Source: a virus (Duplodnaviria; Heunggongvirae; Uroviricota; Caudoviricetes). Taken from it: a stretch of DNA of 64,000 nucleotides. The first letter of the stretch is position 1. Each line of letters begins with the position of its first letter. Positions 28,934-38,736 of the stretch are shown in pieces. A program made the position numbers and the translations under genes. The notes beneath the pieces are model-generated. The model made no database searches. It saw only the letters and a list, made by a program, of their open reading frames with translations, and was not told the origin of the DNA. Where the stretch lies: the IMG/VR virus record IMGVR_UViG_2740892219_000010, positions 1 to 64,000 of that record; one strand, 5' to 3'.

Positions 28934-29689
28934 CTATTCCTTGGCCTCTTTATTCTTCTCGCCATCGCCAATATAAATAAGATAGTCGTTTAAGGATATC
29001 CTTCCGGAGGGACCGGTCCATGTTATCAATCCGTTTTCACGAAGATTAAATAATGCTTCCATGAACTCATTATCGTTAAAAGAATGATCTTCTGAGAACA
29101 GAATGTTCATTTTTCTCAATAGTTCTTCCACTTTAATCTTTTCATATCGCCTTATCAGACTTAGTGCTCTACGACGCATTAAGACTGTAGGTACTGCTTG
29201 TGAACGAATGGTTTTTTGTATTCCACTATCAAGAACTTTCTTAATCTTACTCTCTAATTCTTTGATTTTAGTTTCATTATCTCCATTGGACTTAAGCTTT
29301 TCATCAACGATACAAATAATCTCCTGACTAATGCGGTTCTTGAGTTTGTTTATTTTTTCTTCATTGTTGAGGATCTCATCAGAGCTTCCTGCATGGGGTT
29401 TTTTCCATATGTGCTGACGCATATCCGTTACCGTATCTCTCATCATAGAGAATGTATCTGAATATAACTTGTCAAATATTTTTTCCAGTCGTTCGACACT
29501 TGCCTGGATGTCTTTTGCTGCTTTAGTTGTCTCTTTAGAAGCCTCATTCGACATTTTATAAAAAACAAAAGAAAGCCAAATAGCCCCAATGGCGAGTACT
29601 AATGAGGCTATTGTGGCAATAAAACCTATTATTGTTATTGCTGTATCTAATGTACCTGCTGCATCTGTGACTACTGTTTCTGCTGCCAT
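28934..29689 (-). CDS. membrane-anchored coiled-coil protein (cargo cassette 3)
   Basis: 251 aa; RBS GAGGA; N-terminal hydrophobic segment (IIGFIATIASLVLAIGAIWLSFVFY), Lys/Glu-rich coiled coil, C-terminal globular region. Confidence 0.6.
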   Translation of the reverse strand: MAAETVVTDAAGTLDTAITIIGFIATIASLVLAIGAIWLSFVFYKMSNEASKETTKAAKDIQASVERLEKIFDKLYSDTFSMMRDTVTDMRQHIWKKPHAGSSDEILNNEEKINKLKNRISQEIICIVDEKLKSNGDNETKIKELESKIKKVLDSGIQKTIRSQAVPTVLMRRRALSLIRRYEKIKVEELLRKMNILFSEDHSFNDNEFMEALFNLRENGLITWTGPSGRISLNDYLIYIGDGEKNKEAKE

Positions 29690-29972
29690 ATATCCTCAAT
29701 ATTTAACCATACAGGGTAGCGTGTTTTAACCGCGGGGAAGTCGGGGTGGTGACACCCTGGCCTTACCCCAATTCCAGAGTATTTGTTTATCATACCATTG
29801 AAACTATTTAATTTTATCGAAAATTTTGTCAGAGCGTGACTGAAAAGTCTTCAGCACGTCAAGCAGATCGTCGCCGTTCAATTAGCACTGAACTTTTTCT
29901 TAGTGGGGGGCTGTGCAGTTGCGAAGTTATGCCCCAGTTCCTCACTACATTCTAATTAAGCCGGCCAACTAA

Positions 29973-30036
29973 ATGTCCGCTCCTCGCTCACAGCGGGTCT
30001 TCAGTTGTTCGTCCACTCTGTGCCAGGAGCGGACAT
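29973..30036 (+). repeat. structured repeat unit R3
   Basis: ATGTCCGCTCCT...AGGAGCGGACAT: perfect 12-bp outer inverted repeat enclosing CGCTCACAGCGGG and GTCCACTCTGTGCCAG; in a divergent intergenic region. Confidence 0.75.
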
Positions 30037-30125
30037 TGATTATTCCTCACTGTAAAAATCTTAATGCTAACTAGTGGGAACTATAAGTTGTCAATTGACA
30101 TAATTGTGTATATTTTGCGATTTAA

Positions 30126-30953
<828 letters not shown>

Positions 30954-31170
30954 CCAATATATGGCAGTAATGAATATTTCGGGGATCGTGTTTGCTGCGG
31001 TCATGGTTACCATTAGCAGAATAAAACTTGTGAAGGGACGTATCAAACTAAGGATGCTATGTGCGGTAAAGTTTCAATGCAGGGAACAGATGCTGAAGTC
31101 AAGAAAATGGTCGATTGCCAGACGCAAATGACCCTTTCAAGAATCGCTTTCCTCAGAAACCAATAACTGA

Positions 31171-31205
31171 AGTTTCCTTCAAGCTGGCGCCAGGTGTTAA
31201 CCTGG
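31171..31205. terminator. hairpin (candidate terminator/insulator) at the right edge of the cargo array
   Basis: AAGCTGGCGCCAGG-TGTTAA-CCTGGTGCCAGCTT, 14-bp inverted repeat with one mismatch, followed by T-rich sequence. Confidence 0.4.
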
Positions 31206-31244
31206 TGCCAGCTTAGTCATCAAGTGCATATTTAACTGTTTTAT

Positions 31245-31316
31245 ATGGGCGGTACTTTGACAGAGGTATTCGGTCTCGTGCTGGTCGTGGTCAAATACCT
31301 TTTTAAACGCAAATAG
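31245..31316 (+). pseudogene. 3' gene remnant: diverged copy of the last ~24 codons of the 26114-26719 membrane-protein gene
   Basis: Translates MGGTLTEVFGLVLVVVKYLFKRK*, ~92% nt identity to 26648-26719; upstream in-frame stop at 31233-31235, so no full ORF. Confidence 0.6.
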
Positions 31317-31340
31317 AGTATTTCCGCCCCAAACAACCTG

Positions 31341-32177
31341 TCAAAATGCTGAATTAGCAACGGATATAGCCGACTTTTTCCCCATTACCATCAATTTATC
31401 CAGTGTCATACTTCGCAGGTTGTCGCTGTGGATCACCAGATACCCTGCCCGCTCAGCGATCTCTTTGAAAGCGTCAAAAGTCATCAGATGTTCGCCTTTG
31501 GCAACATGGCGCATCCTGGTCACTTTTCCATTTTTGATAGTGGTGATAAAAGAAAAATCCGGAATGGTTGGCTGATTTTCATCGAGTAGCAGGCAGTGGA
31601 TGTATTCAATCGCCTCTAACATTTGCGTCTGTGACAGTTGTTCTATGTGAGAGACGGCGAAGCGTTGATGAATCATGGTGTAGGCATCGGGATACATCAT
31701 GCCTTTCTTACCGACCAGCATATTAACGGCATCACGTAAGGGAGTACGGTCATCGGTAGTTGTACTCCGCCTCTCTGGACGCTGGCTAAAATAACAATCT
31801 TCCAGCTTTTCGAAAACTTCCCAGGCCTGTTCTGTTTCCAGCATTTTGGCATGGCGAGCTGCGCCGCGTTCTGTCCAGAGAATGAGGGATCGGGTATGTT
31901 TAGCAACTGACTGACTATCTGTCAGTCTGTTTTTGAAGTCGCGTAATTCATTACCTTCCAGCTTAAAAAAATGCTTTCCTACGACAAATCTGGCGATGTT
32001 GCGCTTGAAGTTTTGCTGGATACCATTTACTTCCGTGCCATACAAACTGGCAAGCAATTCAGTAGTGATGACGGGAAGTTGGTTATGATGTAGCGGAGAA
32101 AGGGATTCCGCAGATATTTGGATTGTCATCGCAGTGGCCTCACTTAGTGTTTTTTTCATCACCACCAGCGACGCCAA
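31341..32177 (-). CDS. phage antirepressor (N-terminal Ant/ORF6N-type and C-terminal KilAC-type region)
   Basis: 278 aa; N-terminus MTIQISAESLSPLHHNQLPVITTELLASLYGTEVNGIQQNFKRNIARFVVGKHFFKLEG resembles antirepressor N-terminal domains as recalled; own upstream region with a minus-strand terminator at ~32290-32310. Confidence 0.65.
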   Translation of the reverse strand: MASLVVMKKTLSEATAMTIQISAESLSPLHHNQLPVITTELLASLYGTEVNGIQQNFKRNIARFVVGKHFFKLEGNELRDFKNRLTDSQSVAKHTRSLILWTERGAARHAKMLETEQAWEVFEKLEDCYFSQRPERRSTTTDDRTPLRDAVNMLVGKKGMMYPDAYTMIHQRFAVSHIEQLSQTQMLEAIEYIHCLLLDENQPTIPDFSFITTIKNGKVTRMRHVAKGEHLMTFDAFKEIAERAGYLVIHSDNLRSMTLDKLMVMGKKSAISVANSAF

Positions 32178-32401
32178 TCATCTGGTGGTGAACTGTGCAG
32201 GGTTGGCGTAACCGGCTAAGTGAACCCGGCGCTTCCACAGAAGCCCCCACACAGCCCACCATAATGCGAATGTGGCCGTGCCTAACACATAAAAAAACCG
32301 CTAACGCGGCTATGCGTCACTTAGATATCCGGGACGCCAATCCCGGCAACCGATTTTGCGGCTGCGCGGAAACTATAGCCCCGGACTTTTTCTAAGTCAA
32401 T

Positions 32402-32623
32402 TCAATCAACTTCAAACCTCCGGTGTTCACATTCCATACACTCAACGGGAACATCATCGCGATGCAAGTCCACATATCCGACCCGCTTATACAACTCAAT
32501 AATGTCCGGTAACGTGACCAGATGTTTTTCCGGTTCCAACACCTCAGCCCTGGTTACTTTGTAATCTGAAATATAGAGCACTATCCGCCCGTTCCGTGGT
32601 AACTCCAGTTTATCGCCAAACAT
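32402..32623 (-). CDS. hypothetical protein (nin-like region)
   Basis: 73-aa ORF in the early-right operon. Confidence 0.4.
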   Translation of the reverse strand: MFGDKLELPRNGRIVLYISDYKVTRAEVLEPEKHLVTLPDIIELYKRVGYVDLHRDDVPVECMECEHRRFEVD

Positions 32624-32810
32624 GTCCTTTCCCTCCGGGAAACCAATGATATTGACGATATTACACCCACAAAGATTCGTTTTACGTCACTCCGCAATCA
32701 CCATACATACGTACCAATCCGTACATTCCCACCACAAAAATGGCATTCGGCGGGCACTGGTAATGGATTTTTAACGCGTGCTATTGCCTTGCGACGTATT
32801 TTCAATTCAC

Positions 32811-33035
32811 TCAAACAGCCTCCCTGCCCTCAAACGGGCGAATATTGGTTGGTTCTCCACACGGAATAGCCCAACCCAGCCAGGTAAATATTTTCAGGTC
32901 ACACATCGCGTCATACCGTTCGCCAGGATTCACATCCACCATGCTGCAGGCAATTTCATATTGTTCACCATTATCAGTCAGTGCGATCTGGTCATTAATA
33001 AACCGGGGCACAAATGCAAGAAAAAGTTCTTTCAT
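32811..33035 (-). CDS. hypothetical protein (nin-like region)
   Basis: 74-aa ORF, translationally coupled to the upstream gene. Confidence 0.4.
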   Translation of the reverse strand: MKELFLAFVPRFINDQIALTDNGEQYEIACSMVDVNPGERYDAMCDLKIFTWLGWAIPCGEPTNIRPFEGREAV

Positions 33036-33343
33036 GAAATTCTCCGCTCAAAATAAACAAACTGATTCACCGCTCCGATAGGCATTTCGAGTTTTTCTGC
33101 GATATCCTGGCGATTAATACCCGACTGATGTAATTCCCTTGCCAGCTCGATATCCTCCTGGCAGTATTTCGCTGACTGGTGATAATTACCCCGCAGATAC
33201 ATACAGATTTTCAGCTCGCGCGCTTTTGTGCGTACCGCTGCACCGGTTCTGCCAATAAGCTGCCCTATACGTTCAACTGTCATGCTGCCCGCACATTGTT
33301 TGATGATTACGACTTCCGCACGCACCCACCGTTTGTATTTCAT
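33032..33343 (-). CDS. hypothetical protein with HTH-like segments
   Basis: 103 aa; two HTH-like stretches (VERIGQLIGRTGAAVRTKAREL; INRQDIAEKLEMPIGAVNQF). Confidence 0.4.
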   Translation of the reverse strand: MKYKRWVRAEVVIIKQCAGSMTVERIGQLIGRTGAAVRTKARELKICMYLRGNYHQSAKYCQEDIELARELHQSGINRQDIAEKLEMPIGAVNQFVYFERRIS

Positions 33344-33576
33344 TGTTCCATCACCCCTCTCCAGTAGTTCAGACGCTCTCTGAAAAATTCCCGGTACGTA
33401 TCCGGCGTCATTCCGATTTGCTCAATCACGCTTCCCCTCGGAATACGTTTCTCAAAGAGTTGGCGGATCAGCGCCGCCGCTCGCATGTCGTAGTGCTCTT
33501 TAAGCTGGTATTCCTGGGGCCATTTGGCGCGGTTGTGTGGTAAGCCGGGCGGCAGGTAATCTGATTGCCCGGCCAT
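33340..33576 (-). CDS. hypothetical protein
   Basis: 78-aa ORF coupled within the early-right operon. Confidence 0.4.
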   Translation of the reverse strand: MAGQSDYLPPGLPHNRAKWPQEYQLKEHYDMRAAALIRQLFEKRIPRGSVIEQIGMTPDTYREFFRERLNYWRGVMEQ

Positions 33577-33577
33577 A

Positions 33578-33988
33578 TCACGCCCCTTTCTTTGCTATCG
33601 GAGTGATGGAACTCAGCAGCAGGCGGCAGCGACCAGGCGCGCCAATGCGCTGCCCGGTTATCTTGTCGTAAGTTTCATGCGGTGAGGCACACCAGGTTGT
33701 CGCTGTTTCGTGGAGTTTCACTTGCCGCTCACCATTTCTGCGAATCGCGATCCCGGTGTGCGTTTTGCCCTTACGTTTCACTGCTGGCGCTGCGGCTACG
33801 GATGCCTGACGGGCAGGCTTAGCAGGGGTTGAAAAATTGCCTGCTTTAGGTCTTGGCACAAAAACCGCGCGAGTGCGCGCACGTGGCCCGACGTTCATAT
33901 TCCACAAAATGACGTCGAGATAGTTTTTACCGTCGTCTATGTGTCCTTTGTCCGACGGGTACTCTAATTTGCCTGGAGTGGTGGTCAT
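33578..33988 (-). CDS. hypothetical protein
   Basis: 136-aa ORF downstream of the helicase gene. Confidence 0.4.
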   Translation of the reverse strand: MTTTPGKLEYPSDKGHIDDGKNYLDVILWNMNVGPRARTRAVFVPRPKAGNFSTPAKPARQASVAAAPAVKRKGKTHTGIAIRRNGERQVKLHETATTWCASPHETYDKITGQRIGAPGRCRLLLSSITPIAKKGA

Positions 33989-34026
33989 TGGTCTTTCCTC
34001 GGTTATTTCACGCTGGTCAGGCGTGG

Positions 34027-35442
34027 TTAAAATTCATTTGTGCGAGAATTATCGCTACGGGAATAACGTTTATTTTTTTCTGAGCGGTCGTTGGTACGGC
34101 GATAAACCTCCTCATCGCTGATATCAATAACTGAGCCATTTTTCATCAGGGCGTAGGCTGTTCCCGATGGTCCTTCGCGGTTCAGACGTAGCAACATTTC
34201 CATGAGATTTGGGTCGGCATTTTCGTTATAAACAGCATCACGATAGAGGCCAATCCAGACATCGCAATCTTGTTCGATCTGCCCGGTATCTTTACTGTCG
34301 CTCGGGTTAGGCCGCTTATCGGCACGTTCTTCAAGCTTTCGGTTGAGTTGCGTCAGCAGGACCACAACACAATCCAGCTCTTTTGCCAGGTTCTTCAAAC
34401 CGGTTGTGATATCGCCATACGCAATATCCCTACGCTCTGCCGATTCGGTCTTCATCAGCGTCAAATAGTCAATTGCCACCAGGCCAACCGAGCCACGCAT
34501 CCGTTTAACTTTTCGACATTCAGCGACAATATGCGCAAGGGTTACACCTGCCGTGCTGTCAATCATCATGTTGGATTCGGCAATCTCCCCCGCCTTTGCT
34601 ATTGCGAGACTCAATTCAGATTCATCGTTAGGGCCAAGATAAAAAATCTCCGAATTGACCTTTGCTTCCTGCGCAACCATGCGTTCAATGAGACTTCTGT
34701 CAGTCATTTCCAGGCTAAATACCAGCGTCGGCAAACGATGATTCAGAGCAAAATGCACCGCAATTTTATTAAACGCGGCTGTCTTGCCCATTTTTGGCCG
34801 GGCACCAATAACGACCAATGAACCTCTTAACGCCTGCTTTGGTGCCATTAAGCGATCAAGGCTTTCGATTCCGAGCGTTAGTCCGGCTGCATGTGCTGGA
34901 TCATTGAAACGGCGCTCAAGGTCATCTATCCAGTCATCGACGACTTCACTTGCCGGACGCAAACCGCCCTTATGCCCGGTACGGGAATGTTCGGCCACCT
35001 GCCCAATCACTTGCTGAACGGCGGTGATCCTGTCAGTAGCAGTCATATCTGCAGGCTGGATCATAATCTCCAGACAAGAATTCAACTTTTCCACGGCATA
35101 ACGAAGAATGGCTTTTTCACGTACAATTTTCGCGTAGTTGACCATTGAGGCCGGAATCGCCGCCTTACTCATTTCAGCCAGGTATGCGAATCCCCCCACG
35201 CGCTCATACAGCCCCTTCGATTCCATCAGTTCGGTCAGTGTTATCAGGTCAGTTGGTTTATCAGCTTGAAATAATCCTTTGATCTCCCGGTAGATAACCT
35301 GATGCGCATTGATATAAAACGTTTCCGGTTTCAGTAACGCAAATACCGCATTGGTTCTGTCGTGGTCGGTATTCAGCATCAGACAGCCCAGAACAGCCTG
35401 TTCTGCGTCAACGCTGTACAGTGCAATCGCGTTATTTATCAT
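34027..35442 (-). CDS. replicative DNA helicase (DnaB family, P22 gene 12-like)
   Basis: 471 aa with DnaB N-terminal region and Walker A (GARPKMGKTAF) plus RecA-like core motifs. Confidence 0.9.
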   Translation of the reverse strand: MINNAIALYSVDAEQAVLGCLMLNTDHDRTNAVFALLKPETFYINAHQVIYREIKGLFQADKPTDLITLTELMESKGLYERVGGFAYLAEMSKAAIPASMVNYAKIVREKAILRYAVEKLNSCLEIMIQPADMTATDRITAVQQVIGQVAEHSRTGHKGGLRPASEVVDDWIDDLERRFNDPAHAAGLTLGIESLDRLMAPKQALRGSLVVIGARPKMGKTAAFNKIAVHFALNHRLPTLVFSLEMTDRSLIERMVAQEAKVNSEIFYLGPNDESELSLAIAKAGEIAESNMMIDSTAGVTLAHIVAECRKVKRMRGSVGLVAIDYLTLMKTESAERRDIAYGDITTGLKNLAKELDCVVVLLTQLNRKLEERADKRPNPSDSKDTGQIEQDCDVWIGLYRDAVYNENADPNLMEMLLRLNREGPSGTAYALMKNGSVIDISDEEVYRRTNDRSEKNKRYSRSDNSRTNEF

Positions 35443-36187
35443 TTGCGCGTTCTTCCTTGACCGAAACGTAGCAGCGTTCGGTAATCAGATAATCAAGATT
35501 TTTACGCCGCCAGAATCCTCCCCTGCCATTTGGCCTGTCCTCCAGCATCCAGCGACAATTGCCACCGATAAATTCCAGATAGGCCCGCCAACGGGACTCA
35601 TTGAAATTGAATTTTTTCCAGAAAGTGCGAAGGTGTTTTTTTCTGCCGTCAGTGAGGATTTTCACTGGTGGCATCTCTGGCAAAATCTCGTGATAGGTAT
35701 CGAGTATCACCTGATAATTTATTCTCTGGTCGGCAGGTTGTTGGGTGTCGGCGTCAACCGATTCACCATCAGTAATAATCTCTGTAGTATTCTCTGTAAG
35801 AATGTTTGTTGGTTTTCCACGTACAGGCCTGGTGGTTTTCCCCTCACCTGTATGTGGTTTTTCCGCATCCTTGTATGCGGACGTAAGTAGCTGGCACAAC
35901 ACATCATTATCGATTTTGTAGTACAGCCTGGCAGGCAAGCCCTGTTTACGTTCCAGCAAGATGCCGAGACCACGTAGTTTTTTGCGCGCGCCCTCCTGCT
36001 CGTATCGTGAAAGCCCTGTTTCCTCTTCCCACTCATCCTGGGTTTTATATACCCAGCCGTCGTCAGTTGTTCTGTTTGTCCAGTACGTCAACTGCGACAG
36101 AAACAATGCGGCAGTCACGCCCATTTCAAGACGGATAAAACTTCTCTGGAAGGCTATGGGTCTATCAAGTAACGGGAGGATGTTCAT
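35432..36187 (-). CDS. replication initiation protein (lambda O / P22 gene 18-like)
   Basis: 251 aa immediately upstream of the helicase with 11-nt overlap. Confidence 0.6.
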   Translation of the reverse strand: MNILPLLDRPIAFQRSFIRLEMGVTAALFLSQLTYWTNRTTDDGWVYKTQDEWEEETGLSRYEQEGARKKLRGLGILLERKQGLPARLYYKIDNDVLCQLLTSAYKDAEKPHTGEGKTTRPVRGKPTNILTENTTEIITDGESVDADTQQPADQRINYQVILDTYHEILPEMPPVKILTDGRKKHLRTFWKKFNFNESRWRAYLEFIGGNCRWMLEDRPNGRGGFWRRKNLDYLITERCYVSVKEERANDK

Positions 36188-36408
36188 ATGCCCAAAGCCT
36201 CTGAGAGAACGCGACAGCCAGCCTCATAGGCAGCGCCAGAGAGATTTTGCTCACGCAGTTTCGCTTTTTCTTCTTCGTACTTTTCCCATACAGAACGTGC
36301 AGCTGCGACGCGGCCATCGAATATGGGGCGGATCTCTGCAACATGTGCCGGGCGTCCATTCAGGTGCCAGCCGTTACGCCAGGTAATGCGGTCAATATGT
36401 CTTAACAT
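36184..36408 (-). CDS. hypothetical protein
   Basis: 74-aa ORF coupled to the replication gene. Confidence 0.35.
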   Translation of the reverse strand: MLRHIDRITWRNGWHLNGRPAHVAEIRPIFDGRVAAARSVWEKYEEEKAKLREQNLSGAAYEAGCRVLSEALGI

Positions 36409-36447
36409 CGGTCTTTCCTCGGTATAAGTTAAACGCTGGTCAGGCGC

Positions 36448-36924
36448 TCATGCATGGTGGTCTTGCGCAGTGCGTATCACTGCTCCTCGCGTCGCTACCA
36501 GCGCCGCTATTGCTTCGTCAATTTCCTGAATAGTTAACTCTGGCGCGAAGTGGAGATGTACAGCGTTAATCGCTTCCACCCCTTCTTTTGCCGCCAGCGT
36601 TGCCAGCAAAACGGGATCGCCCGGCGACTCCAGACGTGCCCGCCGTTCTGCGGGTAGCACGGCTTTCATCACACTGGCCAGCACCTGAGTTTTTCGGCGC
36701 GCCGCCGTTGTCTCGCCACGTAACCAGCGAAAGATTTTCTGCCGATTGTTGTTGATGGCTCTCCAGTCCACGTTGCCGTCCGCGTCCTCAAATTCATGTA
36801 GTCTCAACTCATCATTGCGTCCCTGACTGAACCAGGCCCGGCAGATTTCAATCGTGACGAGTTCCTGCCCTGCCCTTGCCGCCCAGGTCAAAATCTCTTT
36901 TTGTAATTCCTCTTGGTTTTCCAT
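36448..36924 (-). CDS. early regulatory protein in the cII position (YdaT-like?)
   Basis: 158-aa ORF directly downstream of the cro-like gene; assignment positional. Confidence 0.35.
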   Translation of the reverse strand: MENQEELQKEILTWAARAGQELVTIEICRAWFSQGRNDELRLHEFEDADGNVDWRAINNNRQKIFRWLRGETTAARRKTQVLASVMKAVLPAERRARLESPGDPVLLATLAAKEGVEAINAVHLHFAPELTIQEIDEAIAALVATRGAVIRTAQDHHA

Positions 36925-36982
36925 AGCGTCTCCTGTCGCTAAAAATTGATTACGCTTAATCAGATTTGGGGCTCACCAACAG

Positions 36983-37213
36983 TTAAGCTGCTTCCGTTTT
37001 AGGCAAGCTGTCATCTGGGTTTGGGTAAAGATCCGGTCTAAGATCATGAGGGGTCACGCGCCATTCAAGAGCTTCAGATGTGCGCAAAACCTCTTCACCG
37101 GGAACCCGTCCTTTGAACCAGAGGCTTACCGTTTGTGGTTTTTTCCCTAATCGCCGCCCTAACTCGGATTGACTCATTACGGAAAGAATTTTGTCTTGCA
37201 GTTGTTTATCCAT
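36983..37213 (-). CDS. Cro-like HTH regulator
   Basis: 76 aa from ATG 37213 with RBS AAGGAG; HTH segment (SQSELGRRLGKKPQTVSLWFKGR); divergent from the repressor gene. Confidence 0.55.
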   Translation of the reverse strand: MDKQLQDKILSVMSQSELGRRLGKKPQTVSLWFKGRVPGEEVLRTSEALEWRVTPHDLRPDLYPNPDDSLPKTEAA

Positions 37214-37311
37214 ATGGACTCCTTGTGTCCGCGTCATCATTACAAACAATAACTGTAATTACAAATTATATTTGCAATGCTCCCTACAATTAAACCTTGT
37301 ATCCTTACGGT
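37214..37311. promoter_or_regulatory. oR-like divergent promoter/operator region
   Basis: Repeated half-sites ATTACAAAC, CTGTAATT, TTACAAATT, TTTGCAAT; minus-strand TATAAT (plus 37265-37270) suitable for a pR driving cro. Confidence 0.5.
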
Positions 37312-37725
37312 ATGAACACAAAAACGAAAAACATGGCTTTTGCTAGCCGACTACAACGGATTCTAAAAGACTTAGGCTGGTCTCAATCTGAGTTAGCTCG
37401 CCATATTGGGGTTACGGCTCAATCAGTTCAGGCATGGTGTAATGGGGTAACTCCAAGAAAAGATAAATTAGACAAGCTAGCAAAAGTGACCGGATACCCT
37501 GTTCATTTTTTCTTCATGAATGAAGGGGAATATTTGGATGAATCCACACTACACCCGGGTAATTACAATCAAGAACTAACCCCGCAAGAACAGGCTCTAC
37601 TGCAACTATTCAGAGGACTGCCTGAGAGCGAAAAAAATAAATTAATCAATGAGCTAAAAGAAAAAAGAGAGCACTTCGATCTACTGCTAAAAGAACTACT
37701 TGAAGCCAAAAACCAGACAAAATAG
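37312..37725 (+). CDS. CI-like repressor (XRE-family HTH, no S24 peptidase domain)
   Basis: ~138 aa; HTH segment (SQSELARHIGVTAQSVQAWCNG); no Ser/Lys autopeptidase domain; start uncertain (37297, 37312 or 37333) with no SD, so possibly leaderless. Confidence 0.7.
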   Translation: MNTKTKNMAFASRLQRILKDLGWSQSELARHIGVTAQSVQAWCNGVTPRKDKLDKLAKVTGYPVHFFFMNEGEYLDESTLHPGNYNQELTPQEQALLQLFRGLPESEKNKLINELKEKREHFDLLLKELLEAKNQTK

Positions 37726-37844
37726 TTCAGTTCAAATTTCCAGGCCAGCCGCTGCTGGCATGCAACTTTCCCCTAACACAAAAACACCTTTACACAGTGA
37801 ATATTTTTTTTGCCCCTCACTACAAATTATTTTTTAAAAACACA

Positions 37845-37873
37845 TTGACCATTACAAATACAAATTGTAAAGT
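37845..37873 (+). promoter_or_regulatory. pL-like promoter with overlapping operator palindrome
   Basis: TTGACC (37845-37850), 17 nt, TAAAGT (37868-37873); overlapped by TTACAAATACAAATTGTAA, the same TTACAA half-site as in the oR region. Confidence 0.5.
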
Positions 37874-38628
37874 CACTTTCATCAACAACGCTTACCCAGC
37901 GGCAGTTGTTCAGAAACAAGTTCTGACAGCCGGAAAGACGGCACCAAATTTTGCGCGTCGGCGCCAACACGGTGACAGAGGGAAAGACTTCACCGGCATA
38001 TGGCACATGTGTCGAAGCGGTCTGGATGGAAGCGGAGCCTTAACGCGTTGTCTCCATAGCAGGTAGCCGGAATGTGCAAGCCACAGCCAGGTATGAGCGA
38101 TTGATTCACCATCAAGGCGATACGGTGTGACCACCAGGGAAGAGTCCTGGCTACAACACGAGAGCGCACTTCATCGACTCAACTTTGAGCTTTGTCGTTA
38201 AATTTTGAAATGGCGGAGTGCGCTCCCGGTTGTGGTGAACAGGTGTTTAACGGGAACTCCCTGCCCGTTACCCGGTTCGATTCCGGGCGCCCATCATCAA
38301 TTTGCTGTGTTTAGTCTTTGCCCAGTCCGCACGATGGGCCATTTTTTCACACAGCCAGGTTTTATCGCTGTGCCTGAGTCCCCAACAGGAGAGGCCAAAC
38401 CCGCAGCGTGACACCAGGGAAAGACCGGAGGAAGTACCACGCCTGACCAGCGTTGACCATGAGCCTGACCAGCTCAAAACAGGAAAGACCAGCCCGGGCC
38501 TGACCAGCCCTGTACGGTCGTAATGGAAACATAACGACGCCGGAAACGTAACCGGCACCCTTTAGATAGCAAAAGACCCGCACAAGGCGGGCCAGTTACC
38601 CCGAACGGCGACCAAACCATTCGGATTT

Positions 38629-38652
38629 ATCACAAGTGACCAAACTTGTGAT
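38629..38652. promoter_or_regulatory. perfect inverted repeat ATCACAAGT-N6-ACTTGTGAT
   Basis: 9-bp arms, 6-bp spacer, upstream of the first early-left gene and overlapping the first copy of the ATGAGGAAAGACCA motif. Confidence 0.5.
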
Positions 38653-38736
38653 GAGGAAAGACCAACGACACTGACGCTATGGAAGCTGATCAATATTCGC
38701 TGATCGGCTCTGAGTATACATTACCAAGGAGTCGCT

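Noticed and set aside
26969-30036. The ~70-bp repeats as a CRISPR array or as integron attC sites
   Set aside because: Spacing is 900-1200 bp with a gene in each interval and the units differ in length, so not CRISPR. There are no GTTRRRY/RYYYAAC core sites and no integron integrase nearby, so not attC.
38271-38293. A tRNA gene around the GGTTCGATTCC T-arm motif
   Set aside because: T-stem and loop are canonical, but there is no CCA end and the proposed acceptor strands do not pair; at most a tRNA-derived remnant.
37797-38523. Small ORFs (89, 68 and 73 aa) in the repressor-to-early-left gap as a lambda N-like antiterminator
   Set aside because: None has an arginine-rich N-terminal motif, a convincing RBS or codon usage like the neighbouring genes; the region is treated as non-coding regulatory DNA.
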